Below the pieces are notes generated by a model, which worked only from the letters and a program-made list of their open reading frames with translations, did not search any database and had not been told where the DNA came from. 64,000 nucleotides of DNA from the sequence record DRR723986_5754; one strand, given 5' to 3'. Shown piece by piece: positions 37,964-48,410 of this stretch (positions are counted from its first letter, which is position 1; each line of letters starts with the position of its first letter). Both the position numbers and the translations under genes were made by a program.

Positions 37964-39768
37964 TATGAAACAGCTGCGTGGCTGGCCCCTTTGGCCGCCT
38001 GTTTCAATTCCAGGTGCAGCTGACTTGGCGGCACCCTGTGAAGGTGCAAATATCGTGCTTTCAAATCATCTGCGATTGCTTTGCAAGCATCTGATGATCG
38101 CCGCCCCGTATCGATGAAAAAGGCTTCCAATCCATTCAACTGTATGGCTTGCGTTAAGGCTTTTACATCTGTGGCGGCTTCACTGCGCCCTGCTGCACCG
38201 TTCAATGCAATATTGGCTTTGCCGTCTGTTAATAACACCAGAAAAGGGGTGTCCCCGTCTTGCCGGACTTTCAGGGCGATTTTCATACCAAGCATTAAGG
38301 CAGAGGCAAGCGGTGTACCGCCCCCACTGGGCATTAAAGTTAATTCTTTGGCAGCGCGCGCTGGTGCGCTTGTAGGTGCCAAAGAGACAACGGCCTCTCT
38401 GCCGCCAAAACTGATCACAGCAACCTGATCGCGGCGCTCATAGCATGTTTGCAGCATAGACAAAGCCGCGCCTTTAGCCTCATTCAACCGACCAATTGCA
38501 TGGCTGCCAGAAGCATCAACTAAAAAAATTGTTGTTACGCGTTGCGGCGCTTTGCGTCTTAAAACGCGGAAGTCATCTACCGTAATGGCAAAGCGGCGGC
38601 TGGTGGGTGGGTTTTTAATGCCAGGCATTTGGTGCCGAATGGCTTGTTTGGACAGTGCTGTTAAGAGCGTGTCGCGCATGCTGAGTTCACGAATTTCATC
38701 CCGGCGGCCACGCCGCACACCAATGGGTCTACCGTGCCTTACACGTTTGTTTTTACCGCCTTTGGTGCGCCGCGCCTGCGCTGTGCGAGAGGCAGTTTGG
38801 CGCATTTTTACGGGTGCTAGGTCATGGGCAAACAGGGCCTGTGCGGCTTCAACAATTTCCTCAATTTCCATATTTTCTGGCGTATTGGATTGTTGGTCTT
38901 GTTCGTCTTCAGCCTGTTGCTGCTGTTCTTCAACGGGTGGTTCAGGCTCTTGCCGTTGATCTTCGTCCCTATTCGGAATTTGCGTTGCCCGCGGCATTAA
39001 AACAAGCATTGAAGCAACCAGAAAGTCGCTTTCATTAATTTCAGTGCGTCCTGCCAGGGCAGCATTAGCCCGCGCGGCTTGTAGGGCAAAAAAAGGTATC
39101 CGTAGCGATGCAATACCAAACTGTATCGAAAGTCCGGCAGCTATTTCATAGTCTCGGTCGGTAGGGTTGATAGAGGCCAATAATTGCTGTGCATCCGATA
39201 GGCTTGAGGCAAGCTCGAAGGGCGCAGTCCACGTGGACATGCACTGGCCTTTCAGCTCAATAACCATACCCAAACGTTCGTTAAGCTGTTCACTTAAACC
39301 GTCTTCATCTGCATCGCTTTCATCAACCGCAATTACAGTGAATTCAGACTTTTTATCGAGTGCATTTGCCAGTGCTGAGCGTAGAGGCGGCATCATAAGA
39401 GATACTTGCGGTAGCAAAATCATACTGCCCGACAGTTGTTCCAAAAGTCCTTCGCTCCAAACGGGAGAGCCTTTTGCCAAGCTTTCGAGGAAATCCAGTT
39501 TGGGGGCAAAGTTAGCGGCATCATATGTATGCGGCACAATGTGGCGTTTGGATGGTTTTAGCAGGCCTTCTGTATAGTCGGTCCATCTGGTTACGGCCGG
39601 GCTGGATGGCCCCTTTAGGTGAATGCCTCTAAGGCCTTTTGGGTTGATGGCCAGCAGGTTTGCTGCAAGCTGTGCGCGGTGCCATTCCTGCTTTTGTTTT
39701 TCAAAAAGGTCAGGGTCTGTAGGGGCGCCGTCTGGCGCAAATTCAGGTATGGGCCTATATTCGTTCAT
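37963..39768 (-). CDS. bchD: Magnesium chelatase subunit D
   Basis: Degenerate AAA domain, acidic/Pro linker, and VWA domain FLVDASGS...GGGTPLASAL...LTDGKAN. Probable start ATG 39768. Confidence 0.93.
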   Translation of the reverse strand: MNEYRPIPEFAPDGAPTDPDLFEKQKQEWHRAQLAANLLAINPKGLRGIHLKGPSSPAVTRWTDYTEGLLKPSKRHIVPHTYDAANFAPKLDFLESLAKGSPVWSEGLLEQLSGSMILLPQVSLMMPPLRSALANALDKKSEFTVIAVDESDADEDGLSEQLNERLGMVIELKGQCMSTWTAPFELASSLSDAQQLLASINPTDRDYEIAAGLSIQFGIASLRIPFFALQAARANAALAGRTEINESDFLVASMLVLMPRATQIPNRDEDQRQEPEPPVEEQQQQAEDEQDQQSNTPENMEIEEIVEAAQALFAHDLAPVKMRQTASRTAQARRTKGGKNKRVRHGRPIGVRRGRRDEIRELSMRDTLLTALSKQAIRHQMPGIKNPPTSRRFAITVDDFRVLRRKAPQRVTTIFLVDASGSHAIGRLNEAKGAALSMLQTCYERRDQVAVISFGGREAVVSLAPTSAPARAAKELTLMPSGGGTPLASALMLGMKIALKVRQDGDTPFLVLLTDGKANIALNGAAGRSEAATDVKALTQAIQLNGLEAFFIDTGRRSSDACKAIADDLKARYLHLHRVPPSQLHLELKQAAKGASHAAVS

Positions 39769-40786
39769 GGCAACTTTGTATGGCGCGCTCAAGCCGTGCT
39801 GCAGAATGTTCGTCACTCAAAGGGTCATGCCGCAGGCGGTGCGTTAACACCATTGGCGCAAGTTTAATTAGGTCCTTTACGTTCACCAAGCTACGCCCTT
39901 CAAAAGCAGCAAAAGCGCGGCTTGCTTTAATGAGTGTCAATTCTCCTCGCAAGCCGTCTGAGCCAAGTTCAAGGCAAAGGTCGGCGGCAAACTGGAATAT
40001 TTGCTCATCGACTTCAACGTCATCTAGATTGTCTTTCGCGCGGGTGATTTTGCCGCGAAGGCGTGCATTTTTGTGCTTGTAGCTTTCCACAAAGGCTTTT
40101 GGGTCGCGCTCGAAAGCCTCGCGGCGCTTTAAAATCTCTACTCTGTCTTTCACATCTGTTGGCGTGATAACGGTGAGGGCAAGGCCAAATCGGTCCTGCA
40201 ATTGTGGGCGCAGTTCGCCTTCTTCCGGGTTTCCTGACCCCACGAGAACAAAGCGGGATGGATGTTTCAAGCTAAAACCATCTTTCTCAACAATGTTTTC
40301 GCCGCTAGCTGCCACATCAAGAAGTATGTCTACGATATGGTCTTCCAAAAGGTTGACTTCATCGACATAAAGGAAACCATTGTTGGCATCGGCTAACAGC
40401 CCAGGCTGGAACTCTTTTTTGCCTTCAACCATGGCTTTTTCAATGTCTAGCGCGCCTGTAAGCCTATCTTCGCCAATGCCCAGTGGCAGATCAATACAGG
40501 GAACAGGCCGCATAACGGCCTTTGCTTTTCCGCCGTTTGATTTGGGGCATTGAGGGGAGCATGCTTTTGCATCGGCTTGCCAGGTGCATCCATAAGGACA
40601 GCCGTCTGTTACTTTGCTTTTTGGTAGCAGGTCAGCCAATGATCTGATCGTGGTTGTTTTACCGGTGCCGCGATCACCAAAAGCAAGTACACCGCCGATG
40701 CGCGGGTCAATTGCTGCGAGCACCAAAGCTAGACGCAAATCAGCTTGACCCACAATCGCCGTAAAGGGGAACATAAATTTGGTCAT
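39755..40786 (-). CDS. bchI: Magnesium chelatase subunit I
   Basis: FPFTAIVGQ, GDRGTGKTT, LYVDEVNLLEDH, GSGNPEEGELRPQL. Confidence 0.97.
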   Translation of the reverse strand: MTKFMFPFTAIVGQADLRLALVLAAIDPRIGGVLAFGDRGTGKTTTIRSLADLLPKSKVTDGCPYGCTWQADAKACSPQCPKSNGGKAKAVMRPVPCIDLPLGIGEDRLTGALDIEKAMVEGKKEFQPGLLADANNGFLYVDEVNLLEDHIVDILLDVAASGENIVEKDGFSLKHPSRFVLVGSGNPEEGELRPQLQDRFGLALTVITPTDVKDRVEILKRREAFERDPKAFVESYKHKNARLRGKITRAKDNLDDVEVDEQIFQFAADLCLELGSDGLRGELTLIKASRAFAAFEGRSLVNVKDLIKLAPMVLTHRLRHDPLSDEHSAARLERAIQSCHERI

Positions 40787-40836
40787 GACACCTCGCCAGA
40801 AGAAACAGACAAAAACGTATCATACTAAAATTAAAG

Positions 40837-40854
40837 TGTCAGAAAAAATTTACA
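40837..40854. promoter_or_regulatory. PpsR operator between divergent bchI and bciA
   Basis: TGT-cagaaaaaattt-ACA. Confidence 0.75.
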
Positions 40855-40934
40855 GTAATCTATTATACAGACTAAGTTTAGAACTAAGCCCTATGAAAGA
40901 TAAAATTTGCAAGGGTTGAGGAGTAAGCGCTGCA

Positions 40935-41951
40935 ATGGCGAACACAGATGCCAAAATGACTGAATCAGGGCGTGTTAGTAAAGGCCGTGTTTTGATTTTA
41001 GGGGCTACCGGCACGATTGGGCGGGCGACTACTTATGCGTTGATGCAGCAGGGGTACACTGTTGTGTGTTTTGCGCGCCGCAAGGCGGGTCCAATGGACA
41101 AAATTGCTTGCCTACTTAAGGGCGCAGAGGTGCGCTTTGGTGATGTGACTGACAAGCAATCAGTATTGGAAGACGGTATTTGCGGTGAACATTTTGATGC
41201 TGTTATTTCTTGTATGTCATCACGTACCGGCACAAAAAAAGATAGTTGGGCGATTGATTATGATGCTCATGTAAATGTGCTTGAGGCCGCACAGGAAACG
41301 AGCGTTAAGCATTTTATTTTGCTCTCTGCCATATGTGTGCAAAAGCCCCTTTTAGCCTTTCAGCATGCCAAGTTGGCCTTCGAGAAACGGCTGATAAAAT
41401 CAGGTTTGAGATACAGCATCGTCAGGCCCACAGCCTTTTTTAAATCATTGTCTGGCCAAGTGGACAGAGTGCGCAACGGGAAAAGCTTTTTGCTGTTTGG
41501 GGACGGCACCCTGACACGCTGTAAACCGATTAGCGATGCAGACCTTGCAGCCTTTTTGGTGGGGTGTTTAACCGACCAGGCACGCCAGAATAGCATATTG
41601 CCTATTGGTGGTCCGGGGCCGGCGATTACACCGCGTGAGCAAGGCGCGTATCTTTTTAAGAAATCTGGCATAAAACCCACTTTCACCAAAGTACCAGTTG
41701 CTTTTTTTAGCGTGATAATTGCAGTATTGTCGGGGCTTGGCGTGGTTATCCCATCTCTGCGTGAAAAGGCAGAACTGGCGAAAATTGGTCGATATTATGC
41801 CACCGAGTCGATGCTGGTACTAAACCCTGAAACGGGGCATTATGATGAAGCCGTTACACCCTCTACCGGCAAGGATACGCTTTTTGATTTTTATGATCAG
41901 TTGCTGTCGTCAAAGGCCAGCGTAGACCGGGGCGACCATACCGTATTTTGA
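40935..41951 (+). CDS. bciA: Divinyl (proto)chlorophyllide 8-vinyl reductase, NADPH-dependent
   Basis: GATGTIG, LSAICVQKPLLAFQHAKLAFE, YSIVRPTAFFKSL, FGDG..CKPIS, KIGRYYATESML. Confidence 0.9.
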   Translation: MANTDAKMTESGRVSKGRVLILGATGTIGRATTYALMQQGYTVVCFARRKAGPMDKIACLLKGAEVRFGDVTDKQSVLEDGICGEHFDAVISCMSSRTGTKKDSWAIDYDAHVNVLEAAQETSVKHFILLSAICVQKPLLAFQHAKLAFEKRLIKSGLRYSIVRPTAFFKSLSGQVDRVRNGKSFLLFGDGTLTRCKPISDADLAAFLVGCLTDQARQNSILPIGGPGPAITPREQGAYLFKKSGIKPTFTKVPVAFFSVIIAVLSGLGVVIPSLREKAELAKIGRYYATESMLVLNPETGHYDEAVTPSTGKDTLFDFYDQLLSSKASVDRGDHTVF

Positions 41952-42206
41952 GCATTCACTGGTCAGACTGCTGTTACGATTGCATCATTCGGCATAAAAA
42001 TAGTGAAATAATCGGTAAAAACTTATCAAAACACGGTAAAAATTGAACTGAAAGTGCAAAAATTTGACTCCAACCCGGCATTTTTAGATTGATCAAGCGG
42101 TGGGGCGTAAAACGTCCTGAAAAAAATATTATGAAAAACTAATCTTTGTTCAGGTGTCACCTCATAGTTTATAAGGCGATAAATAACGATTATTAGATGG
42201 AATTGA

Positions 42207-43145
42207 ATGTCAGACCTTCTTCATAAACCCGCTGCTGATAATTTAGTGAAAACCTGTTCGATTTGGCGAGCACTTGAGGTTATTGGAGATGCGCCGGTTC
42301 TCTTGATCCTCGAATCTGTTTGGATGGGGGCTAGCCGCTTTGGAAAAATTCAGCAAGCAACTGGCCTTTTGAAGGCGCTATTGTCTGACCGACTTAAGCG
42401 TTTAATCAAAACTGATATACTCACCAAACGCGCTGTTCCAGGGCTTGCGAAAACAACTGAATATGCCCTGACCTCAAAAGGAATTGGTCTGTTTTCAACA
42501 GTGCTTATGCTATATTGGTGGGAGCGAAAGTGGGGCGATGCCCCGGCGCGTAAGAACTTACTGGTACGCCACGAAACCTGCGGGAATATCCTAGAGCCAG
42601 AGACGGTTTGTGGGTCTTGTGGGCAGGCGTTTAACCTAACAGATGTGGACTGGAAACCAGGCCCCGGCGTAGGGTGGATGTCGTCGTCTTACAGCCGTCG
42701 CCGCAACCAAACCAAGGTGCAAACGGATCAGCCGACCTTACTGCGTGGTTCAGTTGAAATTATGGGCGACCGGTGGGCGGCCCTTGTGATGCGGGCGGTT
42801 TTTACCGGCATTCGTCGTTTTGACCAAATTTTGCAAGACACAGGTGCCGTGCCGAATACGCTGTCGTCACGCCTGAAGGCGCTCACCGACAACGGCGTGC
42901 TGAAAGCCGAGGCCTACCTGCATACGCCCGTCCGCAATGAATATTTCCTAACTCGCAAAGGGTATGATTATTATTACATAATCATGATGCTTATGGTTTG
43001 GGGTGATCAGCATTTTGCCAGCCCCGAAGGGCCACCTGTTTTGCTGACCCATAAATCTTGCGGAAACCCATTAAAGCCTCATGTTGCATGTGGTTCATGC
43101 AAGGCTTATGTTGCGCCGGGTGACGTTTCCATTCTCACTGCTTAA
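42207..43145 (+). CDS. Tandem (double) HxlR-family winged-helix regulator
   Basis: Two HxlR units (CSIWRALEVIGD...EYALTSKG; SVEIMGDRW...EYFLTRKG), each followed by an HxxCG..CxxC tail. Confidence 0.85.
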   Translation: MSDLLHKPAADNLVKTCSIWRALEVIGDAPVLLILESVWMGASRFGKIQQATGLLKALLSDRLKRLIKTDILTKRAVPGLAKTTEYALTSKGIGLFSTVLMLYWWERKWGDAPARKNLLVRHETCGNILEPETVCGSCGQAFNLTDVDWKPGPGVGWMSSSYSRRRNQTKVQTDQPTLLRGSVEIMGDRWAALVMRAVFTGIRRFDQILQDTGAVPNTLSSRLKALTDNGVLKAEAYLHTPVRNEYFLTRKGYDYYYIIMMLMVWGDQHFASPEGPPVLLTHKSCGNPLKPHVACGSCKAYVAPGDVSILTA

Positions 43146-43248
43146 GCCTAGAATTATCTTTCATATTGACTTTACCAGTGAAAATAGCCATACCTTAGTT
43201 ACTATTATAAGCATACTAAAATAAACTTTGGAATAGTGGGGTTTGAAA

Positions 43249-44748
43249 ATGCCAAAGCTCGTAAACCGCGTGAACGCAACGCTCTCATCGTCGGATCACC
43301 CTTATTTGAACGGGGCCTGGACCCCAAATTTTGAAGAGTATGATGCTGATGACATGGAGGTGATTGGCACCATCCCTGATGACATTGACGGCATTTACGT
43401 GCGCAACACCGAAAACCCAGTACACGACAGCATTGGCCGCTATCATCCTTTTGACGGCGATGGTATGCTGCACATGATGAAAATATCGGGTGGCAAAGCC
43501 GAGTATAAAAACCGATTCATTCGCACTCGTGGGTTTGAAGCGGAAGCAGAGGCTGGCGGCCCCTTATGGATTGGCTGCATGGGCAACCCAAAAAAATCAA
43601 AACGCAATGGTTGGGGCGCGCACGGTCATGTAAAAGACAGCTCGTCTACCGATGTTGTTGTGCACGCAGGCGAAATTCTCTCTACATTTTGGCAGTGCGG
43701 TGAAGGCTATCGTCTGGACCCTAATTCGCTTGAAACACTAGGTATTGATGGCTGGACCCCAATTGATGGCATTTCCGCCCACCCAAAAGTGGATGTCCAC
43801 ACTGGTGAAATGATGTTCTTCAACTACTCCACCCATGCGCCGTTCATGCATTACGGTGTTGTTGATGCAGATAACAAGCTGCAGCATTATATCCCGGTTG
43901 ACTTGCCCGGCCCGCGTCTGCCACATGACATGGCCTTCTCGAAAAATTATTCTATTTTGAATGATTTCCCCCAGTTTTGGCTGGAGGAAGCCATTAAGCA
44001 AAAGCTGTATATACCGGTTTACGACGAAACCATGCCTGCGCGTTTCGCCGTTGTGCCCCGCTACGGCAAGCCGGAAGATATTCATTGGTTTGAAGCATCA
44101 TCTACTTACGTTTTGCATTTCCTGAATGCGTATGAGGAAGGTGATGAAGTGATCATGGATGGTTATTTTCAAAATAATCCACGACCAGATCCCTTGGAAA
44201 GTATGCCTGAAAAATATCAAATGCTTGGGTCCAATGTTGATTTGCATTCGCTTGATACACATCTGCATCGGTGGCGCTTTAACCTAAAAACCGGCGAGAC
44301 GGTTGAGGAAAAACTGTACAATGATGAGATTGTAGAATTCGGCACGATTAACCAGCAAATCGCTGGCGAAAAACACCGCTATGTATACAGCGTGTTGGGC
44401 GAAGATGGCTGGTTCCTGTTTACAGGTCTGATCAAGCATGATCTGGAAACCGGCGTTACCCAGCGCTATGATTTTGGCAAAAATCGCTTTGGCTCAGAGG
44501 CGCCGTTCATTCCGCGCATAGGCGCAGTGGATGAGGATGATGGTTATATCATCAGCTTTATTACAGACATGACACTCAACCGGTCTGAGTGTGTTATTCT
44601 GGATGCAAAAAACATTGAAGCTGGCCCCGTATGTCAGATTATTCTGCCACACCGTATTTGCAGCGGCACCCACGCGGTGTGGGCAAACGCGGATGAGCTT
44701 GCGGTCGCTAATGGTGCAGGCCAAAAGGAATTAAGGGCGGCCGAATAG
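43249..44748 (+). CDS. Carotenoid oxygenase / lignostilbene dioxygenase family protein
   Basis: HPFDGDGMLH, four Fe-ligand His segments (SAHPK, PHDM, LHFLN, GTHAVW) and GSEAPF. Probable ATG start at 43249. Confidence 0.9.
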   Translation: MPKLVNRVNATLSSSDHPYLNGAWTPNFEEYDADDMEVIGTIPDDIDGIYVRNTENPVHDSIGRYHPFDGDGMLHMMKISGGKAEYKNRFIRTRGFEAEAEAGGPLWIGCMGNPKKSKRNGWGAHGHVKDSSSTDVVVHAGEILSTFWQCGEGYRLDPNSLETLGIDGWTPIDGISAHPKVDVHTGEMMFFNYSTHAPFMHYGVVDADNKLQHYIPVDLPGPRLPHDMAFSKNYSILNDFPQFWLEEAIKQKLYIPVYDETMPARFAVVPRYGKPEDIHWFEASSTYVLHFLNAYEEGDEVIMDGYFQNNPRPDPLESMPEKYQMLGSNVDLHSLDTHLHRWRFNLKTGETVEEKLYNDEIVEFGTINQQIAGEKHRYVYSVLGEDGWFLFTGLIKHDLETGVTQRYDFGKNRFGSEAPFIPRIGAVDEDDGYIISFITDMTLNRSECVILDAKNIEAGPVCQIILPHRICSGTHAVWANADELAVANGAGQKELRAAE

Positions 44749-44769
44749 CCCAATCGAAAGCAATCTGAC

Positions 44770-45996
44770 ATGAATGATATTTACATCCTCGGTGGACATC
44801 AAACTGACTTTTCGCTGAATTGGTCGCGGGAAGAAAAAACGATTTTTGATGTTTTCTCGACTGCACTTTTGGGTGCGCTGGAAAAAACCAAATTGGACCC
44901 AGCAGATATTCAGGTTGGTCATGTTGGCAATTTTGTTGCTGAACTGTTTGCGGGCCAAGGCATGTTGGGTGGTTTTTTTGGCCATGTTCACCCCGACTTG
45001 GCTGGTATGCCCGCATCACGACACGAAGGAGCATGCGCGTCAGGCTCACTCGCTATTTTGGCTGCGATGGCAGACATTGAAAGCGGGCGCTATGATCTTG
45101 CCTGTGTTGCCGGTGTGGAGTTGATGCGCAATGTCACTGGTCAGGAAGCCGCAGATAACTTAGGTGCTGCTATTTGGGTCGGTGAAGAAGGCGAAAAGGC
45201 CAAATACATTTGGCCGGCCATGTTCTCCAATTTAGCAGAAGAGTATGACCGCCGTTACGGCCTGAAATATGACCATCTGGCCGAAATTTCACGTACCAAC
45301 TTTGCCAATGCGCGTCGCAACCCGAACGCGCAAGCACGGGGCTGGAATTTCACCGATGAGAGCTTTACGGCGGATGACGGCGCTAACCCAGTGATTGAAG
45401 GCTGGATGCGCCGTCAGGATTGTAGCCAAATTTCAGACGGAGCAGCGGTGCTTTTTCTGGCGTCGCCAGAGCGTGCCAAGCGCTATGCAGATGAGCGGGG
45501 TATTCTGCTTGAAAGCCTGCCGCGCATTCGAGGGTGGGGCCACACAACAGCGCCCATGCTGATGCAGCGCAAGTTAGACGATAGTGTTGGAGATGATTAT
45601 GTCCTGCCTTGGACTCGCAAAGCCATAACTGACGCATACGCCCGCGCAGGCATTGCTGGGCCGAAAGCATTGGATGCCATCGAAACGCATGACTGTTTTT
45701 CTGTCACTGAATATATGGCCATTGATCATTTTGGTATAACGGCACCCGGCGAAAGTTGGAAAGCGGTTGAAGATGGGCGCATTGGCCCTAATGGCAGCTT
45801 GCCGATAAACCCATCAGGTGGACTTATTGGGCTTGGTCACCCGGTGGGTGCAACCGGTGTGCGCATGATGCTTGATGCCTATAAACAAGTCACCGAAAAT
45901 GCCGGAGATTATCAGGTAGGTGGGGCGAAAACGGTGGCCACATACAATGTGGGTGGGTCGGGGACGACAAATTGCTCGTTTATTGTTGGTCGATAA
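44770..45996 (+). CDS. Thiolase (SCP2-type, HDCF motif)
   Basis: EGACASG, ETHDCFS, INPSGGLIGLGHPVGATG, NVGGS. Confidence 0.9.
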   Translation: MNDIYILGGHQTDFSLNWSREEKTIFDVFSTALLGALEKTKLDPADIQVGHVGNFVAELFAGQGMLGGFFGHVHPDLAGMPASRHEGACASGSLAILAAMADIESGRYDLACVAGVELMRNVTGQEAADNLGAAIWVGEEGEKAKYIWPAMFSNLAEEYDRRYGLKYDHLAEISRTNFANARRNPNAQARGWNFTDESFTADDGANPVIEGWMRRQDCSQISDGAAVLFLASPERAKRYADERGILLESLPRIRGWGHTTAPMLMQRKLDDSVGDDYVLPWTRKAITDAYARAGIAGPKALDAIETHDCFSVTEYMAIDHFGITAPGESWKAVEDGRIGPNGSLPINPSGGLIGLGHPVGATGVRMMLDAYKQVTENAGDYQVGGAKTVATYNVGGSGTTNCSFIVGR

Positions 45997-46070
45997 AAGA
46001 CGATCTTAAATAGGAATTCTCCCGTATAGTAACTCATACAGTGATCAGTGCATTAGGGGAGGATCAATCA

Positions 46071-46931
46071 ATGAAAATTATCATCGTAATTCTAATCAGC
46101 GCGGCCATAGGCCTAGGTGTGGCATGGGCAGGCGGTCAGGGCGGCGTTATGCTTGGGCCTATTTCATTATTCCTAGCATGCGGTGTGCTGGCGTTTGCCG
46201 TGAATTGGTTGGCTTATGTTCCTGCGATGATTTTTCAAACCGAAAAATACTACGACCTTACTGGCACCATCACGTATTTGTCTGTGACCGGATATGCAGT
46301 TTTCATGGCTGGTGGACTGGATTTGCGCGGACAAATTGTTGCTGCCATGGTGGCGGTTTGGGCGATACGTCTTGGTAGTTTTCTATTTGCGCGCATTTCG
46401 AAAGACGGGAAAGACAGTCGCTTTGACAAAATTAAAACCAACCCTTTACGGTTTTTGATGACATGGACCCTTCAAGGCTTATGGGTAACACTTACTGCGG
46501 CATGTGCTTTGGTCATTATTACAAATGCTACCCGCGTGCCGCTTGATGTTTTCGCCTACTTGGGTATGGCAATTTGGGTATTTGGTTTCCTTTTTGAAGT
46601 TATTGCGGACCAGCAGAAAAAGGCGTTTAAAGCCGACCCAGCCAACGAAGGGAAGTTTATCTCTGAGGGGCTGTGGGCATGGTCGCGGCACCCAAACTAT
46701 TTCGGTGAAATTACTCTGTGGCTTGGCGTCGCCATCATGGCGATCCCGGTGCTGAATGGTTTGCAGTGGTTAACGCTAATCTCGCCGGTTTTCGTTACTT
46801 TACTGCTAACAAAGGTAAGCGGTGTTCCCATGCTGGAAGCACGCTCCGATAAAGAGTGGGGCGATGACCCCGCTTATCAGGCCTATCGCAGCAAAACGCC
46901 GGTTCTCATACCAAAACCCCCAAGTGCTTAA
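46071..46931 (+). CDS. DUF1295 / steroid 5-alpha-reductase-like membrane protein
   Basis: WAIRLGSFLF.RI..GKDSRF, ADQQK, GLWAWSRHPNYFGE, SGVPMLE. GGAGG RBS before ATG 46071. Confidence 0.88.
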   Translation: MKIIIVILISAAIGLGVAWAGGQGGVMLGPISLFLACGVLAFAVNWLAYVPAMIFQTEKYYDLTGTITYLSVTGYAVFMAGGLDLRGQIVAAMVAVWAIRLGSFLFARISKDGKDSRFDKIKTNPLRFLMTWTLQGLWVTLTAACALVIITNATRVPLDVFAYLGMAIWVFGFLFEVIADQQKKAFKADPANEGKFISEGLWAWSRHPNYFGEITLWLGVAIMAIPVLNGLQWLTLISPVFVTLLLTKVSGVPMLEARSDKEWGDDPAYQAYRSKTPVLIPKPPSA

Positions 46932-46940
46932 AGGGGCCTG

Positions 46941-46976
46941 CGATCGCAAGCTTCAGTTACGAGCGCGATCGTTTTT
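46941..46976 (+). terminator. Probable intrinsic terminator
   Basis: CGATCGC...GCGATCG stem followed by TTTTT, between convergent genes. Confidence 0.5.
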
Positions 46977-46989
46977 ATGCATCCGCCAG

Positions 46990-48402
46990 TTATGGGTCCG
47001 CCAGGCCAAATGGTGCAGACGGACGCCTGTAATCGTCTGAAAGCAATGCTCTTCCAATAGGCGGTTCCGCGCGGGCAATGCAGTCAGCGCGGTGGCACAA
47101 ACGGCAGGTCACGCCAATGGGTGTTGGTGTCACCGCAGATATATCTGTATCCTTGGTATAGATGAGCTTGTGAGCATGCTGAGACGAACAGCAAAGTGCT
47201 ACGGCCCGCTCAATTTTGGGTTGTTGAAAACCGCCGCCACCGGCGGTTACCGTGCGTACGATAGAGAAAAAGCGTTCGCCGTCGGGTAGTTCAACCCATT
47301 GGGTTACAACGCGGCGTGTACTTTTGAAAACTGTGTGTAGGTCCCAAAGCGGGCAAGAGCCCCCATGACGGGCAAAGGGGAAACCGGCACCGTCCAGCCT
47401 TTTTGACACATTGCCTGCTGCATCAACCCTAATGAAAAAGAAGGGTACACCCTCTTGCCCCGGTTTTTGTAGTGTTGTCAGTCGGTGGGTAATTTGTTCA
47501 AAGCTGGCACCAAATTGGCGACCTAAGGCTTCTATATCATAGAAACGGCTTTTGGCAGCTTTTGCAAACGCCTGATAGGGCATCATTATAGCGCCCGCGG
47601 CATAGTTAGCCAACGCGCGGCGTGTTAGTTTTTCGCTTGTTTCTGTGTCAAACTGAGTACCAGCCAGAATGGTTGATATGACATCTGTCATTTCAAGATA
47701 AACCAACTGCAATGCAAGCTGAAAAGTCGCGCTGGCGTTGTCCAGCGATTCATCTAACACAATCTCACGTCGGTGGGTGTCAAAGCGCCGTGTAAAGCCT
47801 ACCATCACATCTGAAGGAAGGCGGCGAACCCTAAGGCGTTGGTCAGCGAAATATTTCTCAAAGCCACCAGCCCTTTTAATATCCCGCGATAAATCTTCTG
47901 CGTGGTTGTCAATTTCAGCAAAATAGTTTTTGCGTGCAGCAAGGAAGCGCCTTGCCTCACCAACAGGGTCGGGGCCTGTGGATTCGCCGCCTGTTTGGTC
48001 AGCGAGCGCCAATTGGCCTTCCTGATAAGCTGTATAAAGGCGTAAAACAGCTTCAGCAGTGGCAGGGAAGGTACTGCCAAAATCCTGAATTTCAATTGGA
48101 GACAATTCAAGGTCGGCAAACAAAGGTGCTTTGAAAGCCGCTGCCAGCTGGGCGTCAAAATCACTGCCTGATCCTCGCGCTAATGAGGCAATATCAATGC
48201 GGTAAATTTCGGCAAGCTTCAAAAGCATAGAGGCTGTTACAGGGCGCTGGTTGCTTTCTATAAGCGCGATGTAAGACGGAGAGACATCAAGGTCTTCTGC
48301 CATAACAACTTGTGTTAGGCCAAGGTCACGGCGAATGCGCCGTATTTTTGGCCCCATGAATGTGCTGCGTTCTTTGCTCATCTTTGCCTCATAACTTGAC
48401 AT
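46990..48402 (-). CDS. XRE-family short-chain fatty acyl-CoA regulator (RamB/PccR-like)
   Basis: N-terminal HTH LTQ..MAEDLDVSPSYIALIESNQRPVT, HRLTTLQKPG..GVPFFFIRVDAAGNVSKR, and Cys tail GVTCRLCHRADCIARA. Divergent from aceA. Confidence 0.9.
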   Translation of the reverse strand: MSSYEAKMSKERSTFMGPKIRRIRRDLGLTQVVMAEDLDVSPSYIALIESNQRPVTASMLLKLAEIYRIDIASLARGSGSDFDAQLAAAFKAPLFADLELSPIEIQDFGSTFPATAEAVLRLYTAYQEGQLALADQTGGESTGPDPVGEARRFLAARKNYFAEIDNHAEDLSRDIKRAGGFEKYFADQRLRVRRLPSDVMVGFTRRFDTHRREIVLDESLDNASATFQLALQLVYLEMTDVISTILAGTQFDTETSEKLTRRALANYAAGAIMMPYQAFAKAAKSRFYDIEALGRQFGASFEQITHRLTTLQKPGQEGVPFFFIRVDAAGNVSKRLDGAGFPFARHGGSCPLWDLHTVFKSTRRVVTQWVELPDGERFFSIVRTVTAGGGGFQQPKIERAVALCCSSQHAHKLIYTKDTDISAVTPTPIGVTCRLCHRADCIARAEPPIGRALLSDDYRRPSAPFGLADP

Positions 48403-48410
48403 AAATAATA

